Assembly (NCBI GenBank): GCA_951406725.2
Contig: OX597814.1
Span: 107,322,001-107,386,000 of the forward strand
Direction of reading: 5' to 3'
DNA: 64,000 nucleotides
From: Octopus vulgaris
Lineage: Eukaryota
The position numbers and the translations under genes are program-made. Shown here piece by piece: positions 38,770 to 53,067 of this stretch. The notes below the pieces were generated by a model. The model ran no database searches. It saw only the letters and a program-made list of their open reading frames with translations, and had not been told where the DNA came from. The number at the start of each line of letters is the position of its first letter. Within the stretch, counting starts at the first letter, position 1.

Positions 38770-39108
38770 TGTGGTTTGAGAGCTCAAAATCTCTCGTGGA
38801 AGCGTCATCCAACCAAAGTACAAATATATGGGAAATTACCACCTGTATCATCTCTTGTGAAAGGTAGAAGAGTCCAGTTTGCTGGACATTGTTGTAGAGC
38901 TGAAAACGAGGTTAATTTCTACTCTTCTCCTCTAGAAGCCATCTGCTCACGATACCAGAGGGCGCACACTCTCCTACCCTGATGTAATCTCCAGGGATAC
39001 AGGCATCCAGCAACGGGACCTCCATAATGCTATGATGGACCGTGAAGTCTGGCGTAACATAGTAAATTCCATTGTCTCGACCACGGTCGAACAATGAATG
39101 AATGAATG
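38770..39108 (+). mobile_element. RTE-clade LINE 3' fragment
   Basis: NLSWKRHPT...RRVQFAGHCCR, MDREVWR motif, (gaat)n tail. Confidence 0.7.
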
Positions 39109-39287
39109 TGGTTTGCTCATGATGTCTGCTCACCTACCTAGCGACTTGGTTTTGAATCATCACTACAAACACTCCCACCCAAGTTTAGACTTACACTCTG
39201 TGTGTGGCATGAAAAACAGGCATTAAACAATGATGAGGATGATGATGATGATGATGATATATATTTATATATATATATATATATGTG

Positions 39288-39610
39288 AATGTACATGACT
39301 TAATAGTTTGGGCATTTGGCTCATGATCGTAAGGTCGTGAGTTCAATTCCCAACAACACATTGTGTCCTTGAGCAAGACACTTTATTTCATGTTGCTCCA
39401 GTCCACTCAGCTGGCAAAAATTAGTTGTACCTGTAATTACAAAGGGCCAGCCTTGTCACACTCTGTGTCACATTGAATCTCCCTGAGGACTATGTTAAGG
39501 GTTACACATGTCAGTGGAGTACTCGGCCACATGCATGTTAATGTCACAAGCAGACTGTTCCATTGATTGGATCAACTGGAACCCTCATCATTGTAACCAA
39601 CAGAGTGCTC
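39288..39610 (+). mobile_element. tRNA-derived SINE family C (representative copy)
   Basis: gagttcaattccc B box, gtccttgagcaagacactttatttca body. Other copies at about 11310-11635(-), 28975-29220(-), 41860-42155(-). Confidence 0.75.
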
Positions 39611-40542
39611 TTTTATGTGTGTATATATATATATATATATTCTCCATGATAGATCGGTAGCCATTACACACATTTTTTTTTCTCTCCTTGTTTTTTTTCT
39701 GTGTCCCTTTCTGTAGAAGAGCGTAGGCTCGAAGTGTTAAAGACTTTTTCAATTTCCGAGCGTTATACTAATACATCTGTTTGTTTTGTACACCACCTGT
39801 CTTCGTCTTTTTTTTTTTTTATGAACTCTCCCTATATATATATATATATATATGGTAATGTTATGTGTGTAGGATATATTATAATATACAGGGCAAATTA
39901 CCATATTTGCTTGTGTCAAAGTCCCTCTTAAAGTGTGAATCATTCTATTCATTAAGAATGTATTTAGGAATTCTTCCATTATATAACATGTCCTTTCTTT
40001 AAAATGGAGATTGTTATTTGGTAGAAATGTAACTCTTATTTCTAGTAGTTCCCTCACCATGTGGAGATTCCATCAAAAGCTTGTATCTCCCAGTTGTAGG
40101 TCGGTATTTTTGGTTAGCAGTAAGTGCCAAGAAATGGTGAGAGTCTTATAAAGAAATCAGACTAAACATGAACAGTCAGGAAGTTGGAACTCATTAAATT
40201 CCAATTTTTAATTTCTTCAGAGAATAACGAAGATTCTTAATACAGTTTTATGTATATTTTTTCCTTTACATTTTGGTAAGTAGGTTTTTTTCTTTTTCCT
40301 CAAGGCTTACTGAAATACATTTTCCCATCCTTTTATAAGGAATAGCTTATTGGCATTGAACTGGACAAAATGTTTAGTGGTATTTCGCCATGGCTAAGTT
40401 CTGAGTTCAAAATCCGCCAAGATTGACATTGCCTTTCATCCTTTTGGGGTCATTAAAGTAAGTACAAGTGAAATACTGAGGTTGATGTAATCAACTAGTC
40501 CCCTCCCCGCAAATTTCTGGCCTTGTGCCTTTAGTAGAAAGG

Positions 40543-40590
<48 letters not shown>

Positions 40591-40829
40591 GCTCGTCACT
40601 ATGTTGTGAGTTCAAATTTCACCGATGTCGACTTTGCCTTTCATCCTTTTGGGGTTGATAAATTTAGTACCAGTGAAACACTGGGGTCAATGTAATCGAC
40701 TAGTCTCAGGTCGATTAAATAAGTACTAGAGTCAATGTAATCGACTTAATCCCTACCCCAAAATTTGAGGCCTTGTGCTTCCAGTAGAAAGAATTATTAA
40801 AGTTGAAAAAGTGCGACACACTGACATTA

Positions 40830-41170
40830 AAAGAGTCTTAAAAGAAGAAACAGTGGATTGGCATGTTAGAAGTATTGGCAAATTCCAAGAAGCATGAAAT
40901 TTTAGAAGAATGGAATGTCTTAACGAAGAACTGATGTGGGCAGTTTATTCCATGATTTGACGAATCTGAGCGTAAAAAAAAGGTTTCTGAAAATCAAAGG
41001 TGTTGCACTGCTTTTATATATTTTTATAAGTTTGTCTATGAGTGGTAGACATATTGAATTAAAAAAGCTGGCCAAAGTCGTTGATGGAAGAATGGCAGAT
41101 AATCTTGTGGGCTTCTACCAAGTCAGCTGCAAGACATCGGAACTTTAATGAGTTGATGCCCAGAAAAGTA
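40830..41170 (-). mobile_element. CR1-like LINE 3' fragment
   Basis: SLKFRCLAADLVEAHKII and FFTLRFVKSWNKLP motifs on the minus strand. Confidence 0.65.
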
Positions 41171-43802
41171 AAATGTTCAAGATAAGGAAAATGACCGACA
41201 AAGGGTATCTGGTCACACATCTCTAGACAGCTTGCAGTAAATCGATATCCTAGATGAAAGACAAAATGGTAAATCAAGGAAAAAAGAGGCAAATTTATCC
41301 TCCTCCTCATCATCATAATCATCATCATTATAATCATCATCATCATCATCATCATGGTTTTATATCCGTTTTCCATGCTGGCAAGGGTTGGATGGTTTGA
41401 CATGGAGCTGGTAAGGCCAGGAGTCATGCCTAGTTCCATTGTCTGTTTTGGCAGGGTTTCTATGGTTGGGTACTCTTCTTAATGCCGACCCTCTTACAGA
41501 ATGGACTGAGTATTGTTTACCTGGCACCAGCACCAACAGGGTCACCAAGTGTCTTGCAAGGCAGAAAATAAAACTTCATTATTTTTTTTTAAAAAAGCAG
41601 GGTCTGCTCTGTTGGAAGCATTAGGTCCAGAGAGGTCCCTATTTTAAGGATTCCTCCCTCCCACCCTCTAACCCATTTCAGAAACCCTATAAAAGGAACA
41701 TAGACATTACTTATGTATATTCTCATCAATTTCGTTTATATACAAACTATACGAATGTCATAACAGCATCGGTTCAACTAAAAGCCTATGACGAAGTCTT
41801 TCATGTTTAAAGAGATGAAGAGGATAAGATAACAGACATGCTGTTGCTTATGGCAACAAGGGCTCCAGGTGATCTGATCAAAGGAATAGGCTGCTCAGGA
41901 AATTAACATGCAAACAGCTGAGCCCCCATTCCACAGACACATGTACCCTTAATGTAGTTCTCAAGGAGATTCTGTGTGACACAGAATGTGACAAGGCTGG
42001 CCCCTTTGGAATTACAGGTACAACTCATCAAAGCCAGCTGAGTGGACTGTAGCAATGAGAAGAAATAAAGTGTCTTGCTACGGGACACAAGGAATTAAAC
42101 TTGGGACCTTAGGATCTTGAGCCAAATACCCTAAAGCTCTAAGCAATGCACCTTCTCTCAGGATATGATGTTGTGATCCTGTGTTTCCTACATAACTGTG
42201 TTAATGACATACCTATGTGAGAAAAAAACATACCTGAATAACCTATATAATTGTGTTAATTACTTACCCATAATTGCATCACCTACACACCTGTATTAGC
42301 AACATACCTATATCAAACTACATACCAGTGTTAACGACAAACCGGTATTATGTTTATGATAAATGTTACAGTAAACTTCATTGTTAGTTGGCCAGCTTCA
42401 GCATTTACCTGTAGATCATTTAAACACTTGTTTGATAACAAACCAGTTTTATCTGTTCAAAGAAGAGAAATACAAAACCTGTTCAGTTGTATTGAATAAT
42501 TTCCTTTAAGGAATTGGATTTGGGCATGGTACATTTTATTCTAAAATCAAGTAGAAGCAGATTTGAAATACAAACAGCCTTGAAGTACTTTGCTGATAAA
42601 TAAATGAGAGACAGAAAGAGACATAGTCTTAATACAGGGAAGTGTGTGTTTTTGGCAAAAGAAAGATGAGAGACTTTCTTTAACCTGAATTAACATCCTG
42701 CACATAACTGCAGAAACAAAATCTGCTTCTCAGGTTGCAAACTCAGGTCCAAAATTTTTTTTTAAAATGGTTCATTTTCTTTCCAATCTTAATATCAAAA
42801 CAAATACAGGTATAATAATGAAAGTAATAACAATAATATTTTTAAAGGATTGACGTAACGCCTCACAAAGGTAAACAGACAATATGAAGAGTGCAATGTG
42901 ATTGCAATAGATGTTTTATTGATTGAACGATATTTCAACAGCTTGCGTGTCGTTGTCAAGTTCAAAATGAAAAGTGATACATAGAAATTCAAAATTATAG
43001 AAATTCAAATCCAAAATTTGAACGAGGGCAACCAGCGTTCTCACGTCGATGGAATGACATCATCAGTCTGCAATTTTCAAGTTTACAACTGGTAAAAACA
43101 AAGAAAGAAAGAGAAAAAGAAGAAAAGAAAAGAAAAAGAAAAGGAAAAAGAGGAATCTTTAATAAAGCAGTTTTGTGTAAATATGATGAAAGTCTGTCAT
43201 TTTATTCATTCCTGCAAGGTGTGATGTTAATAACTCACAAACATATTTCTCCTCATGCATTTTGAGGATTGAAAGTGTAGTAGATTCAACACAAAGAGTG
43301 TTATGCAATTTCAATGAATGTTTTATTGGTTGAATCTTGGCCGAATTAATTCCTATTAATTTCAGCCAAGGTAGCAAGCTGGCAGAATTGTTACCACATT
43401 GGACAAAATGCTTTGTGGCATTTCTTCTGACTTTTACATCTTGAGTTCAAATTTCCTCAAGGTCGACTTTGCCTTTCATTCCTTCCAGGGTCAATAAAGT
43501 AAGAACCAGTCAAGCACTGCCATTGATGTAATTCCCCAAGCAAATTCCAGGAGTTGTGCTTCTGTTGGAAAGGCTTATTAATTCCTGTTAATCAAACAAA
43601 AGAAGTAACTTCCTGGTTGACTTGACTTTCCACAGATGAATGGACAACAACCAAAATGAGTGGAACCAGATATGTTGGGTGTTTCTTTGTTTCCCTCAGG
43701 AAAATGGAAATATTAAAGACAAGCCGGCGCTATGAATCTGAAATTGTAGATGGTAGAGGGTGCTGGCTAGGGAATCACAAGTAGGAAATTATCGTTATTT
43801 AA

Positions 43803-44934
43803 CACGTTGACTGCCAACTATAAGTCATCTCGTAGTTGGTAATCTATACAATTTTGCCAGGTACGAGCATACTCATAGAGGTCTATTTTATTGTAACATG
43901 CTTAAAATGAACTGGCACCTGGATCTAATATTGTGAGTGTGTTGTGGAAACACTAAAGACTCCTTTTTGCCCAATGATACGAGTTAACTCGTATCGTGGC
44001 ACCTGCCTGGAAATATATTTGGTAAAACATCTATATATATCAGGTATGAGTATTAGATGTCGATGCAGTTGGTGCTGGAGAACTGTGTTGTCTCTTACGA
44101 CCCCGAGCAGCTAATTGTTCATCTTTGTCAGTAGAACTGGCCTCACTGGTGTTACTTCCACTGGTGTTAGCTACATAATTTTTATCCAAAGCATCTGAGT
44201 ATTCACTCTCTGACTCTGAGATATCATCTTCCGATAGTTCATTTTCCATGAGTTCATCATAAAGAAAACATTATACAATGAAGAGACATAGTCAAATAAT
44301 GAATAGCATACCCTCAAAGCCTTCAAAGCAAACCAATCTGAGCATTTTGCATTACTACAAGATAACTCATATCACTTCATTGTAGTGTAATTACATGTAT
44401 AAAGTACCATACGAGTGAGATTGTTGCCAGAGCAACAAGCTGGCCTTCATGCTGATGGCACATGAAGCACACCATTCGAGCGTGATTGTTACCACATCGC
44501 CTTACTAGCACTTGTGCTGGTGGCACGTGAAACATTCGAGCGAGGTTGTCGCTAGTGCTGCTGGACTGGCTCCTGTGCAGGTGGCACTTAAAATGCACCA
44601 TTTGGGTGTGGCCATTGCCAGCACCACCAAACTGGCCCTTGTGCCGGTGGCACGTAAAAGCACCCACTACACTCTCAGAGTGGTTGGTGTTAGGAAGGGC
44701 ATCCAGCTGTAGAAACTCTGCCAGATCAGATTGGAGTCTGGTTCGCCAGACCTCAGTAAAATCATTCCACCCATGCTAGCATGGAAAGTGGACATTAAAT
44801 GATGATGATGATGATGATGAATGTACCTATATACCACCACACCAAATATTTCAGCTTTCTGATTTGAGAAAGTTAATAAAACCCTTTTGGCAAATAGAAG
44901 CAGATCATATCGATATCCTGTGGCAGGCAACTTG
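43803..44934 (-). mobile_element. Non-autonomous piggyBac-like element with a nested SINE
   Basis: TTAA|cacgttgactgcc ... ggcaggcaacttg|TTAA; acidic ORF 44040-44249 (ELSEDDISESESEYSD) resembles a piggyBac transposase N-terminus; SINE at about 44395-44820. Confidence 0.65.
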
Positions 44935-46378
44935 TTAAGATGAATTTAAATATTTTGCTATTATCCATCACCCCACCCATTTATTCCACCGTTTCTTCCT
45001 GGGTGGGTCATGGGAAAAGAGTTCTGGGACACCTCCTCCATTGGGTCCTATCAGAAGCTGCTATCATCACACTTTCCAGATTCACTCTTTCTCTGTTTCT
45101 CATTTTTGCCAGTAAGTTTAGATTTTCAAGTGTGAACAACTGGAACCAAGGATATTATCCAAATATCTTGTTCTTGGTCTACCCCCAGGTTTCTTTTAAG
45201 CCTGGCACCCATTCTATTCAGGGGAAATGTTAGCCTCCTCACCTAGCCAGTGGCCAACATTCCCCCTGTTCCAGTTCGCTTCTACTTGAAGTAGATGTTG
45301 TATTAGAACACAAAATACTTTGTTATTTACCTCGAGATGACTCCTCATATCGACTTGTGGACACTGAGATTCTATATATCATTGAGAGGAGAATCAGCTG
45401 CTATGTCTAGCTGGACGTCTCTCGTCGACAAGCCCAAGGAAGGGCAAAATCTCATGATTTGGCAGTTCTGGTGACTGAAGTGGATGGTTCTCACCTGCCA
45501 GCAATATAAACATGAGTGCTTATAAGCACCGCAAATCCATGTAGGAGGTTCTCTTGTGGTAACTATCACAGTATTCCATGTTACGTCACTACATCCACAT
45601 TGAAGTGGGAGGTGGATGCTACCTTTTGGTATTGGTTCTGCTTCTGTGGCTATTAGTTATGTTTTTAATAAGCCCGCTGGATATTTGCGACACCAGTGCC
45701 TGAGAGCTACTACTACCAACACCACCACCACTACCACTTCCACCACCACCATTACCACCACCAACACCACCATTACCACCACCACCACCACCACCACTAC
45801 TACCACCACCACCATTACTACTACCACCACCACCACCACTATTACTATAAATACCACCACAACCACTACCACCACCACAACCACTACCACTACCACCACC
45901 ACCACCACCATTACCACCACCACCACCACCATCACTACCACTATCACCCCTACTACCCCCCCCCCCCTGCTGAGATCAACTTTACTGCTCCTCTTTTCAG
46001 GATCATCATCATAAGCCCCAGTCGAGGACTGAATGAGGCTCAGTGTTTAACTTGAAGGAAATTCCTCATTTCTGAATGGAATGGTTACTATCAAGAATTT
46101 CTAAAGAGTCTGTTTTTGTTTGCAGGTGATGTTGAAGGCCACCGATATTCCAAAGAATGTGTTAAAAATGGAGTCAATCCTTTAATCCAAATGCTGGATC
46201 AATGTGTGTGTGTGTGTGTGGTAGTGAAGATAGATAAGATTAATTGATAAAGAGGTATTAAATTATCCTAGATTTTCAGGTGTTCATTAGTGATGTCTAG
46301 AATTAACACAATCATAAATGCTCAGGGAGATATTCAGCAGCAACACTATTATTATCATTATCATTATTATTATTATTA

Positions 46379-46440
<62 letters not shown>

Positions 46441-46454
46441 ATCATTATTATTAA

Positions 46455-47565
46455 ATGAAAACTCTCAGCTCTGTTTTGCTGGGTATGATGGAAAGTGTCA
46501 GCTGTCTACAGCCAGCAGACAAGGGTGACATTTGTTTAGTGCTCATACTTCAAGAACCCTGCAAAGAATCTTGGCACTTCCAAGCAATGCTGATTTTTGT
46601 AGGTGTTCCATCTTCACACTTGCACCAATCTTTTTCAGCCATGTTGGTAGTTGAGTGCTGATGCTTCCAAGTGCACCAATTACTATTGGTATCACGTCTA
46701 CTCTCTTCATTGACCACATCATCATTGTTTAATGTCCGCTTTCTATATTGACATGGGTTGGACGGTTTGACTGAGGACTGGTGAGCCAGAAGGCTGCACC
46801 AGGCTCCAATCTTGATCTGGCAGAGTTTCTACAGCTGGATGTCCTTCCTAACACCAACCACTCCGAGAGTGTAGTGGGTGCTTTTACATGCCACCGGCAT
46901 GAGGACCAGTCAGGCAGTTCTGGCAACGACCATGTTGAAAAGTGTTTTTACATTCTGCCTGCACAGGAGCCAATCCGGTGGCACTGGCAACGACCACGCT
47001 CCACTTCAAATCATCGTAGTTGTTCAGTTATTCTTCTTTCCCACTGACCTGTTGTCGCTGGGAAATGCTATGCTTTCTTTTTATTCGCCACAACAATGTC
47101 TGGTCAGGTGATCACACTTAATCATTGCATCCCACAGGATTTTGCAATCTTCACTCTCAGTGACTCTCTCTGGGGTTTAATCCCAATGGATCATTCTTGC
47201 GACATTGTCATGTCATCTTTTGTAATCATGTTTTGCTAATTTCGGGCACTTGCTAACGATGTGCCATACCCTTTTACCCCTCTCACCACACATTCAGCAT
47301 TTCTCACTGTTGTTGATTCTGCACACCACATAGTTAGTCCTTAATGCTTCTCCTTGTGCTGCACATATGAGTGCTTCTGTCTCTATCTTTAAGGCACTCC
47401 TCCTCATCCATAGCCACTGGTCTTCTGTATCTGTTTTGGCATTTGTATCTCTTGCAAACTGACCAAACATTTTTTCTCCTTCCATGCTGTTTCGTTTTTT
47501 GTGTTCTTTTCCGCTTCAAGTTTTTCTTTACACAATTATCAATTTTGATGACACGGAACTTGTTT
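46455..47565 (-). mobile_element. Second RLE-type non-LTR 3' fragment, interrupted by a SINE
   Basis: WLWMRRSALKIETEALICAAQ...; VIPIVIGALGS...LQKSALLGSAKIL; SINE at about 46718-47005; (TAA/TTA)n on both sides. Confidence 0.75.
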
Positions 47566-47568
47566 CAA

Positions 47569-47613
<45 letters not shown>

Positions 47614-47834
47614 GGCGGCAAGTTGTTAGAATCATTAGCATGCTGGACAAAATGCTTAGCGGCATTTTGTTCATCTTTACATCCTGAGTTCAAATTCCAC
47701 TGAGGTTAATTTTGTCTTTCATTCTTTCAGGGTCAAAAAAATGAGTACCAGTTGTGCACTATCCCTTCCCCTCAAATTTCAGGCCTTGTGCCTATAAGTA
47801 GAAAGAATTATCATCATCATCATCATCATCATCA

Positions 47835-47898
<64 letters not shown>

Positions 47899-47899
47899 C

Positions 47900-48730
47900 G
47901 ACGTCGCACAGTATACAATTTCATGAGGTTGTTGACTGAAGATATTGTGTCTACCAGGGGTTTTGTACTGTTTGTCAAGTCATAACAAGGACCTCAGACG
48001 GACAGTACTTTAAGCAATATGCATGCAGTTCCAAGTAATGCTGACTTTTGCAATGCACCTAGATTGTAGGGTATCTCTAAGGTTTTTTAGATGCTTTTTT
48101 TTCAGATTGGTTGGTATTGAACCTAATGCTCCGATGACAATAGGGATAACCTTTATGTCTGACTCTCATAGCTGCCACATCTTACCGATCTCAATTCTCA
48201 GGTCTCCATATTTCTCAACCTTTTTTCTTACTTTCATGATAACATGTTGATCTCCTGGCACTACCAAGTTAATTATTAGGCACTCTTTTTTCTCCCTCCT
48301 AAAAGTTACTCTATCTGGCCTTTGGAGCTCTAACACTTTGTCTGTCTGGAAATCAAAATCCCAGAGGATTTTTGCCTTCCCCTTTTCATCCATTACCTTT
48401 ACTGGTGTATGTTGGTACCAAGCCCCCCGTTACCTGATATCCGTACTTCTGGCACAGTAGCCAGTGAAGGTTTTGGGCTACCTTGTCGTGTCTGCACATG
48501 TATTCTTTCTCAACAAGACCTTCACAAGCACTAACAATGTGAGTCACACTTTTGATCCACTTCCCACACATTCAGCAGAGGTTCATTGCACTTGTGTAAT
48601 ATATATCTCTTTTCACTGAGTTGATATTTAATGCGTGATCCTGGGCAGCGATGATTAAGCTTTCAGTCTTTTTTAGGTCACCCTTGCTGAGCCACCTCCA
48701 TGGTGCTTCCTGGCCTTTTAATTTGTTAGT
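47900..48730 (-). mobile_element. 3' fragment of an RLE-type non-LTR retrotransposon (R4/Dong/NeSL-like)
   Basis: TESLIIAAQD, CCHC knuckle (C..CGK...THIVSAC), RHDKVA, ILWDF...TD...RPD, KYGDLRIEIGKMW; frameshifted; the 3' end abuts (TAA)n. Confidence 0.8.
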
Positions 48731-49219
48731 TTCTTTTTTATTATGGCGGCAAGCTGCCAGAATCATTAGCTTGTAGGACAAAATGCCACACAGGTAAATA
48801 TCTAAAATAGGGTTATTGATTTAGTAAACAAAGAGGGATCAGCAATTTTGTAAACAGTAGCAAATGAGATCAATGAATTAATAATTCAGATTTGATTTAG
48901 TAACTAAGATCAAACATGATTAATGATTGATTGACTGATTGTCAGCCATGATAACCCACTTATCACTGGGAGTCAATAAAAAACAAAATATCATACTCTT
49001 TTACTTGTTTCGGTCATTTGATTGTGGCCATGCCGGAGCACCGCCTTTAGTCGAGCACATCGACCCCAGGACTTATTCTTTGTAAGCCTAGTACTTATTC
49101 TATCAGTCTCTTTTGCCAAACTGCTAAGTTACGGGAACGTAAACACACCAGCATCGGTTTTCAAGCGATGCTGGGGGGACAAACATGGACACACAAACAC
49201 ATACATACATACACACACG

Positions 49220-49259
<40 letters not shown>

Positions 49260-49564
49260 CACATACACACATATGATGGGCTTCTTTCAGTTTCCATCTA
49301 TCAAATCCATTCACAAGGCATTGGCCAGCCCGAGGCTATAATAGAAGATACTTGCCCAAGGTGCCATGCAGTGGGACTGAACCTGGAACCATGTAGCTCA
49401 TAAGCAAGCTACTTACCACACAGCCACTCCTACGCCTGTAATATATAATTCTTTTACATTTTTCATTTTGGTGGGGCGGGGGACGGGCAATTTATTTTTC
49501 TCATAAATAAGATGATGCAAAACATATTCAACAAAGACAGCATAAAAAAATCATCTTGTATAGA

Positions 49565-49733
49565 TGTAGGTGTGGCTGTGTGGTAAGAAGTTTGCTTCCT
49601 AACCACATGGTTCTGGGTTCAGTCCCCTGCATGGCACCTTGGGCAAGTGTCTTCTATTATAGCTTTAGGCTGACCAAAGCTTTGTGAGTGGATTTGGTAG
49701 ATGGAAACTGAAAGAAGCCTGTCATGTGTGTGT

Positions 49734-49773
<40 letters not shown>

Positions 49774-49995
49774 ATGTGCATGTGTGTGTGTGTGTGTTTA
49801 TGTCCCCCTACCACTTTGACAACTGGTGTTGGTGTGTTTACATCCCCATGACTTAGCTGTTCAGCAAAAGAGACCTATACAATAAGTACCCAGCTTCAAG
49901 GAGAAACAAGTACTGCAGTCAATTCGTTTGATTAAAGTTCCTGAAAGTGGTGCCCCAGCATGGCCACTGTCTCAGGACTGAATCAAGTAAAAGAT
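49565..49995 (+). mobile_element. tRNA-derived SINE family A (representative copy)
   Basis: A box tggctgtgtgg, B box gggttcagtccc, CORE-like ggcaccttgggcaagtg, internal (GT)n, tail aaacaagtaaaaga. Other copies at about 40-420(-), 6001-6340(+), 11645-12045(-), 21510-21900(-), 48995-49440(-), 58135-58490(-), 59885-60230(+), 63215-63600(+). Confidence 0.85.
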
Positions 49996-50007
49996 AGAAG
50001 ATGGAAG

Positions 50008-50736
50008 TGTCTTAGTTTCTAACAGGACGCTAGAAGAAGCTCAGACACAATGAAGATAAATACCAGTTCGTAGTCAGGTACACATTAGTTGAAGTCCTGT
50101 AACAAGAAGTTGAAGTGAAAAAGGCAGAGCCGGTTAAACACGTGTTGTGTAAGCGGTTGTGGCTACTATGCTGTGCCAGTTACTTGATACAGGAGGATTT
50201 TGCAGGTAGTTCTGGCTGTTAACCTTGGTGAAGTATTCACAAACAGCGTAGAGTTAAACCTTGGTGAATGTTGCTATGTACTTAGAGATGTTGTTGGCGT
50301 TGATAAGATGAAGGCGACGTTAAGATGAAGGCAACAGAGGTGAAGGTCCAGAAATGCTGTTAGTGTAGTCTGTCGTTGAAACTATCTGTCTGTTGCTGGA
50401 ACTGACTGTCTGTCGCTGGAACTGGCTGAGTGCCCTGTAGTCAGTGGTCTAGAACCAAAGACGCTCAACTTGATGAATCGCTGTGTTTTATAGCAAATTA
50501 TAGGCTCAAATGGAACTTTAGAAAAACTGTGTCACGGGACCTTATCAGAAGGCTGCAATTGGTTGGGTCGCACATTGGCGCATAATAGAGCAAGAGACAA
50601 ACTGCGCCAATACCAACCAATCAGAGTAGTGGACACAACATGGTCCAAGCAGCTGAAGGTTAGCTGTTATCTGCTATGTCTGTATTTATGTTATATTTAA
50701 CTGAGAGAGAGAGAATTTCACTAAGTGTTCGCTACA
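50008..50736 (-). mobile_element. Possible solo LTR
   Basis: TG...CA termini, clustered CCAAT boxes (50559-50622) upstream of TATAAAA (50486-50492) on the minus strand. No TSD seen. Confidence 0.35.
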
Positions 50737-52324
50737 TCCTCTTCTCACACTGCTTGACAACAGGGTATTGATGTGTTTACGTCCTCGTAATTTAACAGTT
50801 CGGCAATAAGAGAGAAATAGATTAAGTACCAGGCTTTTAAACAAAATTAGTACAGGGATCTATTCTCTAGACTAAGATATTTCAAGGCGGAGCCCTAGCA
50901 TGGCCGCAATCTAATAACTGAAACAAGTAGAAAAAAAGGATACATGCTCACACACACAACAGATTGGTGGGGAAAATGCCTTACGATGTGTTGCCCCGGT
51001 ACTTTACATTCAGAGTTCAAATCTCACCAGTCTAAACTCTGCTGTCATCTCTCTAGAGTTGATCAGTTAACCTACCTGTCAAGTACTGAATGTGATACAG
51101 TTGACGAATTCCTCTTCTCCTCAAAACTATCGGCTGTGTGTCTAAAAAAAGAAAAATAGAGAAGAAAAAGAAAAGATTATTAGAAAAATGTCAAGACAAC
51201 CAGCTGGCAGAATCGCTAGCATTCTGGACAAACTGCTTAGTTACATTTCGTCCGTGTTTCCGTTCTGAGATCAAATTCCGCTAAGGTCTACTTTCCTTTC
51301 ATCCTTTTAAACTCAATAAAATAAGGACCAGTCGAGCTCTAGGGTCGATGTAATCAACATGCCCAGTTACCTGAAGTTGGTGATTTTGTGTTAATATTAA
51401 AAAAGACTTATGAATGTTATTTTCCGTTTTCGTTGTTTTTAATGACCTTAAGAAAATTCCCTTTTTTAAGCTTACTGTATGTGAGATGCTCCATTTAAAT
51501 CGTTTATAATTTTAATTAGATACAAGAATATTTTTTCCATCGAAAAACTATTAACCTAAGCATAATATTTATATTCTATCGAGAGTGTCTTATCTATCAA
51601 GTCTCTTCGTGTTGTTCAACTTCATGGCGATAGATTAGCAGAGACCTTAAGATCTTGCAGTATTTCTTCCGTCTTGTGTTCAAATCCCGCTTGAGTCAGC
51701 TTTGATTTTCATCTGTCGATAAAATGAAGTACCAGTTGAGTACTGAGATCGACAGTATCAGTATGTTCTCTGGCATTAAGGCGGCGAGCTGGCATTTCGT
51801 CTGCTCTCAGTTCAAATTCGGCTGAGGTCGACTTTGCCTTTCAATCTTTTCAGGATCAGTAAAACAAGTACCACCTGAGCACTGGGGTCGATGTAATCAA
51901 CTTAACTCTTCCCCTAGAACTTATTGGCCTGGTGCCAGAATTTTAAACCAACATATTTATTTCTTTACTACCCACAAGGGGCTAAACACAGAGGGCAAAC
52001 AAACAGATTAAGTCGATTATATCGACACCAGTACGTAACTGGTACTTAATTTATCGATCCCAAAAGGATGAAAGGCAAAGTCGACCTCGGCGGAATTTGA
52101 ACCCAGAACGTAACAGCAGATGAAATACGGCTACGCATTTCGCCCGGCGTGCTAACGTTTCTGCCAGCTCGCCGCCTTCCAGAATTTTAAACCAATATAT
52201 TCCCTAGCGTTTGTGCCTAAAACAGAAAACAATGTTATTATATTTCAAACGTTGATGCTTTTGATCTACCATATCTACCGAAGCCGCTCTTTCTTGATAA
52301 ACGTTAAGCAAGTTTCATTGAAGA

Positions 52325-52402
52325 AACCAACCACGTGACACCAAGGGGTACTGGAGGAGGCCAGGTACTCGTCGTCCAACTTTTACGTTAGTGATCACGT
52401 AT
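52325..52402. promoter_or_regulatory. Candidate promoter element with E-boxes (CCACGTGAC at 52331, TCACGT at about 52395)
   Basis: CpG-containing unique patch about 600 nt upstream of the 52953 ATG; GTCACGTGG on the minus strand fits a USF/MiT-type E-box. Confidence 0.3.
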
Positions 52403-52952
52403 ATAGATATATATATACATACGCATATGCATACATGTCTATATAAATATATATCTATATATGTTACTGCATGGCTTGTTTAATGTTCTACTTCACCTCT
52501 TCTGTTTCCCCTCCTCCCAGTAAAATACCAATGTGTATGTCAATAATAGCCATTAGCTTGTTAATTCTGATTCAATGTTTCAACCCTCCTCATACACGTA
52601 GGTGCTTTTTCGGAAGGAGCACAATTCCTGCTTCCTTTTAAAAGAGAAAAACTGCAACAATCTCTACCTTCAATTAATTCACAGATTCTTTTTATCTCTA
52701 TCTTTATTGGTGGGTTTTGTGGTTTTCTTTTTTCACATCCGCTTTTTATTTAAATGCAGCTAATTTAAACAGTGTTTGCTCATTACAGCCCACTGACAAA
52801 CTTACACTTTATCCATATATATATATATAAATATATAATGGTGGTGATGATGGTGCTAATAATATATTACCGACATTAATCCGGTTGTTTCCTGTTTTCT
52901 TGTGTTTTGTTTAAACCAAACAGTAAATTAAATAACTCTTATTTAAAGTAAC

Positions 52953-53067
52953 ATGCCTTCCTTAAATGTTCCTCTTGAGAGTCAAAGCGAAATGAAAATT
53001 GCTAATGATGTTGCTTCCGATAAAGAAATTAAGTCTGTGGATTCTTTAGAAACACCTAAAACAACAG
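52953..53067 (+). CDS. Probable first coding exon of an unidentified gene (MPSLNVPLESQSEMKIANDVASDKEIKSVDSLETPKTT...)
   Basis: Unique sequence; pyrimidine tract plus cag acceptor at 52923; aacATG; protein-like composition ending at a strong cag|gtgaga donor (phase 1). No downstream exon identified. Confidence 0.5.

Noticed and set aside
39705-39745. Hammerhead-like ctgtagaagagcgtaggctcgaagtg
   Set aside because: gagc/gctc hairpin present, but neither CUGANGA nor GAAA is intact; may be a decayed variant, not supportable from this copy.
43030-43070. Minus-strand CTGATGA with a 4-bp stem
   Set aside because: GAGA instead of GAAA, no UH site and no stem I.
44040-44249. Acidic 69-aa ORF with an NLS-like RGRKR as a host gene exon
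   Set aside because: Lies inside TTAA-flanked piggyBac-like TIRs; better explained as a transposase N-terminal remnant.
49565-49630. tRNA gene-like A and B boxes
   Set aside because: These are SINE heads that run into SINE bodies; no full cloverleaf or Pol III terminator.
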